Source: Amoebidium appalachense
Taxonomy: Eukaryota > Protista > Ichthyosporea
Length of the DNA stretch: 64,000 bases
Direction: 5' to 3'
Assembly (NCBI GenBank): GCA_963693365.1
Contig: CAVNZM010000007.1
Span: 4,275,962-4,339,961, forward strand
The notes under the pieces are model-generated. The model was not told the origin of the DNA and did not search any database. It was given only the letters and a program-made list of their open reading frames with translations. The position numbers and the translations under genes are program-made. Of the stretch, positions 1 through 23,687 are shown in pieces; the stretch's first letter is position 1; every line of letters begins with the position of its first letter.

Positions 1-149
1 CCCCCCCCCCCCCCCCCCCCCCTCCCCCCCCCCCCCCCCCACCACCACCACCACCACCACGACACACACACATACACAAACACAAACACACGTTCACAGC
101 TGCCACCACTACCACAATATATCGCCCATCCCAAATGCCTACAGTCAGT

Positions 150-356
150 TCAAAAGACTAACACTTGACACATTGATTTCGTTACAGAACCAGCAAGAAT
201 CGAGGATGAGGGTGGATCCCTGCGCACTCTCTGGTTTGCCATTCCGGCCGGTATTGTTGGGGTGATGCTGGTGGTGGCATCCACCGTGACTGTGGTGGTG
301 GTGGTCAAAAAGAGCAGGGAGAGGAAAAGGGGCACGCACAGTGTGCGTGTGCCCAT
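150..356 (-). CDS. Probable first coding exon of a secreted protein (gene continues beyond window start); exon 3' boundary uncertain
   Basis: ATG at 356 followed by hydrophobic signal-peptide-like MGTRTLCVPLFLSLLFLTTTTTVTVDA, a Thr-rich stretch and an RVRR dibasic site. An AG acceptor (cctcaccag) lies about 30 nt upstream of the ATG. No recognisable domain. Confidence 0.4.
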   Translation of the reverse strand: MGTRTLCVPLFLSLLFLTTTTTVTVDATTSITPTIPAGMANQRVRRDPPSSSILAGSVTKSMCQVLVF

Positions 357-1420
357 CTTGGACGTGGAGAGGGAGAGCTGTCAGGACCTGGTGAGGGGGT
401 GTGTGTCGAGCGAATCGATAGACACGGTGCATATTTGATGGTTTACTAAAGTGGTAGGGTAGGTGAGGGTGGTGAGGGACTGGGTGTGCGTGCATGTTGT
501 GAATGCATGCCTAGGCGGATTGGTTGATTGGGAGGGAGGAAAAAGACTGGTCGACGGTATCTACTAGTCTTCTTTTTGGTAATTTATTTTTCGGTGGCAT
601 TTTCCTTGTAAGCGTATCTGTATGCTTGTGCACGTGCAAAATCATGCACATATGGACACCCACTCAAACACATGTGCACACGAGCCAAGCGCGCATGCAC
701 ACACACACAGACACACGCACGCACAAACACACACACACACATACCCACACACACACACACACACGAATTCTACAATTCTTAGATTAATTTTGCAGTCCTC
801 GCACACCTCGCCTAGGGGGTCCGGGTGTCCCTGCACTGAATGGATACAAATCACCCACTTTCCCCCCGGTGATATTTTTTGACGTCCCTTTGAGTTTTGT
901 ATCATTTCAAATATTTTGTTAAAAAATTTAAATGCTAAATGATGAATGCAGTAGATATGTTGTACATATATGAATAAATGCCAACCCAAATGCCATCCAT
1001 GCATTCGGCATGTGCCCCTCATCATACTGAGATAATATTCTCATACTGGACGAAATGGAACAAATCACCCAACCAGCGCTCTGACCTCAGTTTGTATTCA
1101 TTAGTGCGCAAGCATCTAAAAAGATGTTTCTTTGTCAGGTATGTCTTGGGGGCAGGAATAATGTTTGTCTTGTCTCTGCCCGTGGAAAGACTATGTGGAA
1201 GGCGCCTCAAGTCATAACGACGGATTCAACAGTCAGTCTCAAGGTGGTATCACGGTATGTGTCCGTCCGTTGAAGTGCCTTAAAGATGAATTTTCGTGTG
1301 TCCCCGGGGAGGAAGGGGGGACATGGGGGAGGATAGGGTTGAGTAAGCCCTTCGTCTCTCTTTCTCCCACAGTCGCCCTCTTATCCCTTAACTCCTCTCT
1401 CTTTCTCTCTCTCTCTCTTT

Positions 1421-1472
<52 letters not shown>

Positions 1473-1476
1473 GAGG

Positions 1477-1526
<50 letters not shown>

Positions 1527-2009
1527 TCTCTTTCTCTCTCTCTCTTCCCCCCCCCTCGCACCCCTTCCCCCCCCCCCCCCGGTCTCTCTTTACCCCCCAC
1601 CCCCTCACCCGCTGTATCTTTTATCCCCCCTCTTTCCCCCTCTTTCCCCCCCCCCTCCTCCCCACACACACACACAAAAATCTCCTTCCAATGTGTGTGC
1701 GTGTGTGTGTGGAAGGGGGGGGGGGGGAGGGGGGGTAATCGAGAGATTGCAATCGAAGACTTCGTGCGTTTAACGAGTAGCACAACCGTACATGCGGTGT
1801 TGATCAATCAGGCCTATCTCATTTAGAAAAAACATTGTTCTTTTTTTTCTTTCACATGAGTTCCCGCTAAGCCCCGGCTCACAACCAACTATAGTGACAC
1901 AACAAGGCTTAATTGCTGCAATGAAATCAACAACCGAAAATCCTTTCTTCCTTTGTTTCTTTTCTTTTTCGTTTTCTTTCTTTCTTTCTTTCTTTCTTTC
2001 TTTTTGTGT

Positions 2010-2056
<47 letters not shown>

Positions 2057-2584
2057 GAGAGAGAGAGATTTTGGCTCAGTGACAGGTGAACCCGCATGCC
2101 TATATTTGGCTGTATCTAAAAATTAATCGCGCACGTGCCTAGCTTATTTTGGCTGTCTCAGAGACCAATTCATCCAGATGCATCAAGCATGCCTCTATAT
2201 GGCTACCCATGGCCTAGCCACGGGGCTCACTATTGTCATTCAGAAGTGTGCAAGATGTGCACCGACCCAATACAAAAGTACACGTGCCAATATCAACACG
2301 GCCACATACCGCAATCATCATGTAAGCCGGCCAGCTATATATGACATGCGTGTTAATCTTTGGGCTTTGCTTAACCCCAAAACGTATAATGGATCCATTT
2401 AAACACAAGCCTATAGACAAACAGGTATGCACAGGCTACTTGCCAACGCTGCAATCCTAATATCAGCACCCACCACCTACAGTCCGTGCCAACATATCAC
2501 ATGCAGTTCAAGTGATACTCCACCCCATTTACACCTAATTTTCGGTGTTTTTATGCTATCCCACATAAAATCACCGCGCCATAC

Positions 2585-3399
2585 CTACTCCTTTTTTGAA
2601 AATTGCTTGAAGAAGGCAGCGCCGTTTGCCTGCACGGCTATCACCAGACCCTTTGTATCAATCTCCCCCTCCTCTGTCACCACCATCAACTCGGGTATGC
2701 TCCCCACCTGGAAGTGGTCCACCACTAGCTCCCGGCCGCCCGGTACGGGAACCACAAGCCAATTGCCGTGCGCCTCCTGTAACCAGAAAAGGAAACACGG
2801 TGTCAGAAGGTGGCACGCATTACTTGGTTTGGGTCATGGCTTGGTTTGGCCAAATTTGAACACACGTGTAAACCATATTTAGCTTGAACAGAGCCCATAA
2901 CTAAGGGGGGTTCCTATGGCGCCACAAAAGAAAGAGGAGGTAGAAGCCCGTGTTACAAAAAGATGGTAAGTATGTGCGTGGCATATCACAGTCTAATGCG
3001 GGTTGATTTCGTCTCGTGCATGCAACAGCCACCAGCAGTCACAGTTACACAATAGACTCGATTAACCACCGGTTCCGGTCTTACCTTTCATCTTCCATAT
3101 AAATTACTATCTCCCTCATCATATCCCCCCCCCCCCCCCCCCCCCCCCCCTCTCGCCTTCTCCCTCCCCGCCCCTCCCCCCCCCCCCCCCCCCCACCTCT
3201 CCCATCTCACCCCCTCCCCTTCCCCACAAACACACACACACACACACCTCCCCCTCGTGTCTCCAGGGCACCTCCCAACCACCACCTCCACCCCAGCACT
3301 CATTGTCTCCTTCCCTCGACCACGTGCAATTCTTCCCCCTTCTTCTTAGGCTCACAACAGCGGAGAGTAGAGAAAGCCCCCCCCCCCCCCCCCCCCCCC

Positions 3400-3450
<51 letters not shown>

Positions 3451-3587
3451 ACAAAAAAAATAAATACAATCCGTGCAAAAGCGTATTCCACATTCATGAG
3501 ATAGATGTAAGATGGTAAGCTAGTCCTTTTTGCTTCTTCTCCTCCTCTTTCTTTCATTCGCCTTTTTTTTTTTTTTTTGGTGGTGGT

Positions 3588-3644
<57 letters not shown>

Positions 3645-5109
3645 AGGGGGGGGGGGGGGGGGGGGGGGGGGCGGGATGTGTGTGACTGGGGGAGGAAGGG
3701 AAAAGGCGGGCCAGGGGGGGGGGGGGGGAGGTGTTAGGAGCTTTCGAGACAACCGTACCAGAAGAACACAAAGTGAGCCCGGAGGTGGGCAGCCTGTACG
3801 TGCCTGTCACAGTGCCCCTACGTGCACACATGAGTGCCATGGTTCTGATATTAGGCCTTAAAGACCACACACGCACCTTCATGTATTCAATCATTGCCGC
3901 CTCATCCTTATCACAGCTCAGGAACACAACCTCCACAGCCTCCCCAGCGGCCTTAAGTTCCTCATAGACACTCTTAAGGGTGGGCGTGAACGCACGGCAG
4001 GGTGGGCACCAGTGTGCACTGCAATAGACCAGAACCTGAGGTGTGTGCAGGCCACCGGGGTTAGATGTTGCTGAGAGCATGATGTGGCAAAAACAAAGAG
4101 GAATAACAGGTACTCTTCTAGCGTGTTGAGTAGGTGAACCAAGGAGTCAAAATAAAAGAAAAAAATAAATGGCAACTCAGTGAAATGTGCAAATGGTGCT
4201 GAACGGGAAGCAAGGGATAGACCGCGAACCAAGAGAATGAGGGTGATGATGCAACAGCCTGAGGCCTGAATGTTTCTTTTGTTTGTTTAAGTGTGAGTGT
4301 GTGCGTGTGTTTGTATGTGTGTGTGTGTGTGTGTGTGCGAGGAGTTGGTGGGTGGGTGGGGGTGAGGGTGGAAGGTGGGGTTGGATTTATTTCCGGTAGA
4401 ATGTGGTATTTGGAGATACAAAACGTTCCGGGGGCAGGGGGGGGGGGAGGGGGGGGGGGGAGGGGGGGGGGGGGGAGGGGGGGGGGGGGGGGGGGGGGAG
4501 GGGGGGGGGATGAGAGAAAGCTTGCCAAGATTGTCCACCCGTAGACGTTGATTGTAAATGCTTATCATTGACAAAGGTACAATATTTGAGGATGGAACCA
4601 AGTGTGCGAATGTGTCTTTATGTGTTTGCCTGCACAAAATTCCCTGTCAGGTACAAAAAACTCACAACGACATAGTGCTGCGCAAAAATAACTGGCACAT
4701 CGAGAGCCTGCAAACCCCCCCCTTCCCCCCCCCCCCGCCCTGCCCCTCCCCCTTTTCATCTTCCTCTCCTCCTATCCATCGCCCAGCCATTCGTTAACTC
4801 ACCACGCACGCACAACAGACACGCAGCACTCAAGGCTTAGCGCTACAGCCGCCTCGCCCGAGCCTTTCACAGTTCATTTCTCCAGCAGTTCCTAGCATTG
4901 ATCTCCTACAACCAGCGCTTTTTCCGCCATGTAATACCCTATAGATCTATACCCGTGAATCACTCCAGCTTTGCATTCGAACCACCTTGTCACACATGAT
5001 GTGCAAGGCCACCTACCGTTTTCCCTCCGAGGCTCTCCTCGGCGTCCACGTCCTGCAGCTTGCCGTTAACAAGGCGCTTCAGCGGCTTGTCGGCAAAAAA
5101 CTTGGCCAT
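2585..5109 (-). CDS. Nucleoredoxin/tryparedoxin-like single-domain thioredoxin, 147 aa, 3 exons
   Basis: Exons 5109-5017, 4035-3877, 2776-2585, all phase-0 GT-AG. Protein MAKFFADKPL...VLVYCSAHWCPPCRAFTPTL...VEVVFLSCDKDE...HGNWLVVP...FQVGSIPELMVV...KKE*. The WCPPC active site and cis-Pro (SIP) motif are typical of the TryX/NRX family. Confidence 0.92.
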
Positions 5110-5935
5110 GTTTGAGCTTGCTAAAAATACAGAGGTATAAGGGAGATGTAGGAAGTTGTCGTTCTGGTGAACTTTACACAAACTAAGTGACGTGGGCGTC
5201 ACCTGGCAGACTGCCTCCAACCTCGAGGACCGTCGCTCCAACCGGTACCAGGCCGGCGCGAAACTTCAAAATTGGAAAATTCAGAAGAAAAAAAAAGGGT
5301 ACACATTCTGATTGGTCCAAGCTTGATGACGATCTGAGCGCGGTAAAAGGGTGCCCAAAAGACAATTGATATACATCATAGATAATCCTTGATAAAAACG
5401 GGCAAATCCAAACACATATGGTAAGGAAAGATTCCCTCTGAAAAGAATATAAACACAATTGCTACCAGCTGCTATGCTGGCTTTCCAAATTAGTAGAAGT
5501 AGCGGAGCGTAGGTGGTTCTTCGAAAAGACATCTTTCGACCCATGTCTGATGGAATCTCTGTGAAATAAAAGCCAATGCTTATTGGCCAAAAACGCACCC
5601 AAGGAATCTAGGATCTAGATCTCTAGATCGACGAATCCAGCTGCCCCCCCCTCCCCCCGAAGATTGTTCAAGATGGCGTGCCCCCGCCCTTTCCCCCTCC
5701 CACCATTGACGTATACTGCCCACACCAAAACCACATTGATTTCAAGGGCTGCGCCAGGCCATACCCACTTCTTTATTACACTCGGTTCGAAGCCTTCGGA
5801 CAGCCCAACGGCTGCTACATATCTGAACTGCGCTGGCATAGCAGACGGCCAGCACTATAGAGTGATCATATCTCTTTGTGCTGTGCACAATTACACTACC
5901 AAACTTCGTCAAACCAACATAATTGCAACCGTTGT

Positions 5936-5966
<31 letters not shown>

Positions 5967-5982
5967 GCAGAAGAGAGAGAGA

Positions 5983-6110
<128 letters not shown>

Positions 6111-6152
6111 CGTGTGTGTGTGTGTGTTTTTTTTTGTTTGTTTTTTTTGGGT

Positions 6153-6209
<57 letters not shown>

Positions 6210-6525
6210 CAGGACCTCGAGCAGGCAGTTCAATCCTACTAGCAACCGAGAAAGACATGTATGAAGCCTAATTCAGAATCCAACTGCTTATCACACAGCC
6301 CCTTTCGTAAACGTCATTCGCAATGGGGTGTGCGCATGTCATAATCATAATGTGCTGATCAAATATATAAATACAGATATGTTGTGTGCACAGCAGCTGG
6401 CCAGAATTTACCAGTACGTGTGTGCATCATACGATGGCCCGTGATAGTAACTCGTAAATTTTGACTGTGTCAGACTCTGTGTGTATCTGTGTGTGTGTGT
6501 GTGTGTGTGTGGGACAGGGTGGGGT

Positions 6526-6568
<43 letters not shown>

Positions 6569-6586
6569 CCGAAAGCCCCACAAGGC

Positions 6587-7956
6587 CTAGTTGCAACCAC
6601 ACTTGGAGCCACAGCCACCGCCAGAACTTGGGGTGGCCTTTGACTTCGGCTTAAGCTCCGTCTTTTCGGTCTCCGGCCTCACCTCAACCTCTGCATACGG
6701 TCAAAATGTGTTAGAGGCACGGGCTCCTTTTAATATGGAACTCCAATCCATGTCCCAAGCCGGCCCTCTTAACACACTTCATTACCTGTTGAACATCTCT
6801 TCGGCTATCAAACACCCGCCTGACCCCCCTTCCCCCGCCCCCCCCCCCCTCCCCCCCCCCCCCCCTCCTACCTCACCAGGCTCTCCGAAAGTACACACAA
6901 CCACACGTGCGCGCTAACTCCCGTGCACACACGTGCACCCGGGCTTCTGTTTCTTAATTTCGTTTTTCAAACGCCCTCGAACCACGTGCAACTGTGCCAC
7001 CACATTGTTGTGTTACAAGGATGAACCACAACCACATGCTACACCACCATTCTGTGCACACCCTCTGTCTGCCTACACCACACCCAGAAAGCAGCTGCCA
7101 GTTGCTGCCTTACTAGCCACACCAAGAAACACACCTGTATGAGTATTATTATGGACATTAACAACACCAACCCCCCTCCCCCTCTCCCCCCCCCCCCCCC
7201 CCCTCCCTTCGCTCCCTCAGCCCCCCTTCTCCTCCGGCCCGCCCCACACACGCTGTCCTTAGTTTATAAACATTTCTATCCTCGCTCATCAGGTGTGCAC
7301 TCCTAGTAATGGTTAATAAAAGAATCAGGAACTATCAAAATCGGACCGCCTATATCCTCCTCCACCCCCTTCTCCCCCTTCCCCAACCCTCCCCCTCCCC
7401 TTTCTCCCCACCCCCACCCCCTCGTATCCCCCTCCGGCTCGGGTTCACCCTCCACCCCATCACCATCACGACGACCCCACCTCCCTCCCCACAATCACTG
7501 ATCACACTAACGACACTTACTGTATGTGCCCTTCTCCGTCTTCCTTGCCTGCACCACGTTCTGGCGAATAAACACTGCCACATCCTCACCGTACTTGATC
7601 ATCTGTTAAGAACACACACCGTTAGTTGCGTGATGTGATCCAACCAGGTACATGCAGAGGTAGAACGATAAAACGTATAATGGCTTACTCCCCCCCCCCA
7701 CCCCCTTCTTCTCTCTCTCTCTCTCTCTTCCCCCTCCCCCCCCTCAAAAAAAAAACCGACCCAACCATGACACACACTTTTGATGGCAGCTGGGATGGGC
7801 CCCTGCGTTTTTCTTTTCCGACCGCTGCAAACTGACTCCAAGTATTTGTTGGGATAGTGCAATGGTTTGGGCCAAGAACATAAACGGTCGACAAATATAG
7901 ACTCCCAGAGCCCCCCCCCCCCCCCCTCCCCCCCTCCCCCTCCCCCTCCCCCTCCC

Positions 7957-8003
<47 letters not shown>

Positions 8004-8489
8004 AAAACAAAAAAAAAACCATGTGTGTGAAAGGGAACACAATCACCACCCACCTGCTGTATCTTTGTGGCGTCTGTCTCTGCCGCATTCTTCTTGAACT
8101 CAGTCTTGATTTTATTCCTGGACGCTAAGGAGAAGCTGTCAGCAAACTCCAACGGAATCAACCATGTAAGGTGCAGAGCAAAACACTTACTTGAACAGAT
8201 TGCACTAAGCACACACACAGGACATGGCAAAAAAGAGAGAGAATGGTAAGAGGACGGGCGCACTGCACAACACTGAAACGCACACATAGGTGGCCCATAG
8301 CCTCTGTCAGTAAGAGAAGCCAACCTGCTGTATAAACACGACTTTGTGTTCGACACCCTCACTTCACCAGCCAACACCCAACCTAGCTGAGTCTATAATC
8401 TCTCGTCTGCCAAGGCCCCACACTCTTCCCACCTCTTCGTCCAATAGAGGAGCCCCCCCCCCCCCCCCCCCCCGACACCACCACCGCCA

Positions 8490-8535
<46 letters not shown>

Positions 8536-9515
8536 CACTCACTCACTACGCCCCATCCCACCGCCTCCAACCGCCTCCACCCGCCCATCCACACCCACAC
8601 ACCTCCACCATCGCAAGTCCTATATCAACCCGAAGAAAATACCCCGCTCCTACTCTCCCTCCCCAACATAAAAATTTGAGCCTAAATCACTTTCTCGTGT
8701 GCAGGTAATCATCACATGCAACCCCAAATGCTTGAAAAATGTTTATGCACTGACTACCTCACCTCCCTCCCCCCTCCTCCCCCCCCCCCCCCCCCCCCGC
8801 TCCCCCTCTCCCTCCCCCCTTCCTCACACGCCTCCCATGACACACACACCACCATCACAGTGAAACCCTTGCACCCCCCCACACACACATGCACCCACAC
8901 ACACGCACGCACATATACTCACGCAAGCATGCACACACACATACACACGCACAGACACACACACACCCACACACACACGGACAAGCACACACACCTTGCC
9001 AATCTCAGACTTCTTTCAAAATTCATAGCAAAACTGTACATCTTAGCTATCAAGGCTGGCAAACTTACCACAGGTGAATGTAAGTAATGTTGAGTGGTTG
9101 TGGCTTGCACTGCAAAGTGTACAACAATGCAAAACGACTCTTTCTATAATGGTACAGAGGGGATGACATGTGTGGTTATCCGTACAGGTGTTAAGTATGG
9201 GTTTGATGCAACCCCTCCTCCCGCCCCTCCCCCCCCCCCCCCCCCCCCCCCTCCCCCCCCCTCCTCCCCCCAATCCACCCCCCCTTTCCAACCTACCTAC
9301 CCACCCACCCACACCCTAACCCTCGTACTCTTGAAATCCTCGTCCACAAAAATAGTTACTGGTCAAAGCACCACTCCAGGAAAAAGACACACATAACCCA
9401 CACAGAGACACTTACCCAGCAAAACGGAAGCGTCGTTCTTGAAAGCTGCGGCCCTAGCGCGCAGCAAAGCCCGGTAACAGGTCAGTGCCCGTGAGGTGAG
9501 CTCCGCAGTTGCCAT
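6587..9515 (-). CDS. LYRM7: LYR-motif complex III (Rieske) assembly chaperone LYRM7/Mzm1-like, 118 aa, 4 exons
   Basis: Exons 9515-9416, 8124-8054, 7602-7521, 6690-6587 with consistent phases (1,0,1). ALTCYRALLRARAAAFKNDASVLLASRNKIKTEF...GEDVAVFIRQNVVQA matches the Mzm1/LYRM7 pattern (xYRxxLRAxxxxFxND...DVAxFLRxNxVQ). Confidence 0.88.
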
Positions 9516-9750
9516 GTTAGGGGGGAGAGTGTGCACCTGTAAGAGCAGGCTGCGAAACCAAAACAACCTAAGTAATAGTGGGCGTGAAGGGTGTAGAACT
9601 GCTGGGGTATATGTAGGCTGCTATTACAATAGCTGTCTGTTGTGCTGTGCTTCCTTTACGTGTACCCTATGGGGCTATGGTAGCTCTACTGTAGGTTTGT
9701 TGCGAACGTTACATACTGGCCCCAGCTGCTGCATTGTCCCGCGTGGCACT

Positions 9751-9803
9751 CCTCGCGAGTCGGTCGCGAGTGGCGGAGGCTGGTGTGACGTATTTTGACG
9801 TCA
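9751..9803. promoter_or_regulatory. Candidate elements of the LYRM7/METTL17 bidirectional promoter: TCGCGA palindromes and a perfect CRE palindrome TGACGTCA (9796-9803)
   Basis: Microsatellite-free, CpG-rich interval between divergent genes. Motifs read directly; function inferred only. Confidence 0.35.
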
Positions 9804-11039
9804 TAGGCCTATAATTAGCAGAATTGCACCTCATGGTGTGCTATTTTTGGACAAATCATGGGGGCCAGGGCTCAGGGGTATTTCGTAATATCACAAAGAT
9901 TGCGCGCCAAAAGGCGAAGTGACCAACCAGTGTCTCGTGACTGCAGTCGTGGGTGTGTGTGCGTGTGTGTGCTGTGTGTGTGTGCGGCATACACTGCCAG
10001 TTGTCGGTGCTTGTTTTCCCGCTACCAGTGTTTCAACAGTTGTTGATAGCTTATGGCATCCAAATATTCTGAATAATCCCGACTAGTGTGCAGGCGTCAC
10101 GAGGGCGAAGGCCATGCTGCAAAAACCAAAGGAGTTGTTGTATAAGCTGACACATCCTGGTAGAACAGGCAACATTGGTGGTGCCTGCCGGTAATGGTGG
10201 TGAAAACTCGAGGCTATACGTTTTTTGAAATGATTGTGGCGGTAAATTATTTGCCACTGTAACATTTCTTGCAGTAGTTTTGTAAAACTCCTCCTTCTCG
10301 TTGTAGGCACTGTCCTCAAGCAAATTGCCGGGCACATCTAAACACCGCGAGTCCTGTTGAATCGACCGAGGTTGTGGCTGATGGGACAGCCTAGACCCTT
10401 CACGTTGGTACAGAGACAGAGGCCAGACCGTTGTGTTACCCTTGGCGGGGGCTTCACTTTCTGAAATGAAAGCCCTTGTTAGCAGTCTGGGGCTAAGAGC
10501 CTGCCAGAGGTAAGCCGTGAGTGGATGCCCTCTATATTCCTCTCGTTCTGCTAACACCGGCATGCATGCCATATCTACACCCGTGGACGTACAGACACCT
10601 TTTGCTGGAGAACAAGGCGTCTTTGCATGCAAGAAGAGAAATTCTGGCACACAAACTAGATAAATTCAGACTAACTGAACAATTGCAGCCTTGTTTTTTT
10701 TTTTTGCACATCTTAAAGTGAACACATGTGGTTAAGTGCTGACACGCAAAAACGTTACAGTCACGTAATTACAACCACAAGCCTGCTTTACAGAGGCTTG
10801 CATACACTTTTGTTTGTGTACACATCGTGGAAAAGACAAGGAGGAGAAGGAGGTGGTCGAGAATGAAAATATATTTAGGAGTGGCGGGGAGAGGGGCGTG
10901 ACTGGAAACAGAGGGGAGGGTTGGAGCTGAGAGATATGTAAAGAAAAACGACCTGGGCAGACCAAAAAGGGATATGAGAGTTAGAAACAACTGACGTTGC
11001 AACGGCACAGACTCTGTGTGCACATATACGCTCATGCCC

Positions 11040-11570
<531 letters not shown>

Positions 11571-11900
11571 GAACACCACCAAGCCCTTGAGTCTGCATGT
11601 TCTTTGCTAGTTTTAGGCTAGATATTAAGCAGCACATCTAATGCAAATCAACTTCCCCTTTTCTATCTGCTTTTTGTCGAAAAGCATGGTATTATTCAGT
11701 TAGTTTCACTTCATTTTCGCCCGTGAAATGATCTTTGTCTTCCTGCCGTTTTTTGCTTTCATGACATCACACCAACCCTTTTCTTCCTCCGCTCTCCAAC
11801 CACCCACTCTTCCGAAGAGTCTTCCATCATCCAGTTATCTCCTATCTCCATTTCTTTTTTTCTTCTTGCAACCACCATTCCTTCTCCTCCCTGCTAACAG

Positions 11901-21507
<9,607 letters not shown>

Positions 21508-22575
21508 GCGCTGGTTTCTTGAGCATGAACAAATACAGGAATGGAGTTCTATTTTTTTTTTTTTTTTTTTTTTTGGGGGGGGGGGGGGGGGGGTTAAGAC
21601 TGTTTGGTTTCTGGCATGGATTGATAGGCAGTGGCTGGTGGTTGCAGTAGGGAATGGTGTGGCCATATATGGACAAAGGAGTGGGCATATGCTGAGAATA
21701 GTTAAAGTAGGGAGGCAGTGTGGGTACATGATCTACATCGAATAAAGCAACTGCCATACATAGACACGTGTGGTCTGTACTAAGTGACGAGATAAGGGGA
21801 ATGAGTATGCGCGTATTTTGGCTGGTCGTTCCTTTTTTTCTTTTTTTTTTTGCTTTCATTTGTCTTTGTTGTCGTTTCCGTGTGTCGGTTGATGATGGTT
21901 ACCCGAACGGCTAATGTTAGAAGTTGGGGGGGGGGGGGGGGGGGGGGGGGGTAAGTATATGAGGCTGTGACTAGATTGATTGTCAATGCAGGCAGGGTTT
22001 GTACCCGGCCCCATGTGCATGTACGGTATGAATGAGGCAATAAAGGCACAGTGGTGTATGTGTTCACTCACAGCAAGTGCTGTCTGTATCCTCCCTCCTT
22101 TTTCAGCCTTACCTGTGCCATCACCCTCACTGTTGCTTCCTGCTGGATCATCCCCCCTCCCCCCCCTCCGCCCTCCGCTGCCGCCTGTCCCCCATCTGGG
22201 CCTGTGCTTTCGGCCCTACTTACACCTTTCTGGACCTGCTCTCTCTCGAACCTGAACCCGTTAATGTGAAAGCCCAACGACGTACTGTTGTGTATAGGCC
22301 CCGGCTTTGCTCTTGTATGTGCCTTACGCATGGCCCCGTTGGCACCACTGTTCGGACAAGTGCCTGTGTTGGGCTATTATAATAGATTTTCTGGGTTAAT
22401 TAGAACTTATACCCCCCGTTTTTTTTAACCGGGCCCGCACCAGGTCCTTCCCGAATATTTATTCCAAGGTGACACTGCTCGACTTGGGTCAGTTGCTGCT
22501 ACAAAGTCACAGCACTAGTGCATCTTCGAACTCCCCGTCGTTTTTTTGCTATTACCGGTTTTTCCCTTTTTTGGG

Positions 22576-22623
<48 letters not shown>

Positions 22624-23687
22624 GTTGTTGGAGCTGTGCATGGGGTTTGATATATTTGTGGGCAATTGTCGTGTGTGGGGCTTTGTGCATTCATATGCTT
22701 GGCCATGGGTGCATGTATACGTGGACGACATCACAAGGGTGTTTGCAAGACTTAGTTCTTGCTGCCATGCCAAGGCGCTGTACTCAGGTGTTTTCTGAGT
22801 AGCCAGCGGTCACATAACGGATGACATGATCGCGCGTACATTTGCTGTGGGGACGGGATTATCAAATAAAGAAAGGTCATGCCGGAAAATGCCAGTCTTG
22901 GGGGTGGGGGGGGCGCTGTGGCACTGCGCCGGACCCCAAAGGCGCAGCAAAAGGGGGAGGCCGTACCCCCAGGGGGGTTGGTGGTACCGGGGGGTGGTCA
23001 TGGTTTTTTTTTTCTTTTCCTTTTTTTTTTTTTTTTTTTTTTTTTTGTGGGGGGGGGGGGGGGGGGGGGGGGGCATTGTTGGGTCGTTTTTGGGAGGTCG
23101 GTTCATGGGTGGTTTTCCCCCTATCGCCCACCCCGATTTGTGTGATTGGTGTTCAACTGAAGCATTTCATATTCTAATCGTAAAACGATAGATTTAGAAA
23201 GCAAGAAGTTGAATCTTCATTCGCGGATACTTAAAGTCTACCCGAAACAGATATTAAATTTATAGTCTTCATACTTAATTAAACTTATGCTTTCACCTCT
23301 TCCAGCTGAAAGAGGGCCGGGACATTCGAAGTTTACCAGAAGCTAAATTTCACCTGAGCGACCACGAATAGCAGCTTATCTCCACGTCAGCAAGCCTTCA
23401 CTTCTCCGAAAAAAAAAAAAGGGTATTGAATAAGTACAGTACCAAGGTGCACTCTAAATTTTCCCAGCCACTGCTAATGCTAAAGTTGGTTAACTCAGAG
23501 CCTATGTATGCCATTGGTCACGGTACCTCAATCTGCCGTAGCGAATACTACAGGGCGCGCCGCCAACCTGTTCATATGATATGGGTGGGCTATAACCGTT
23601 CAGTCTGTCTAATTTTGCCAACAGCAGAGTACATGAGCAGGTACTTTTCTGAGTCCCTGTTGCACTATAATAACTTTGACGATATTT

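Noticed and set aside
10051-10650. 199-aa minus-strand ORF, and candidate METTL17 start exons (ATG 10466 or 10114)
   Set aside because: The ORF has no recognisable motifs. Both candidate start exons end in phase 2, whereas the 11901 exon needs phase 1 to stay in frame with downstream exons, so the start is left unresolved.
22080-22440. Two small minus-strand exon-like segments with good donors, and weak similarity to the TIR-element end
   Set aside because: They cannot be connected into a phase-consistent gene, and the similarity is limited to about 10 bp with no TIR pair or TSD.
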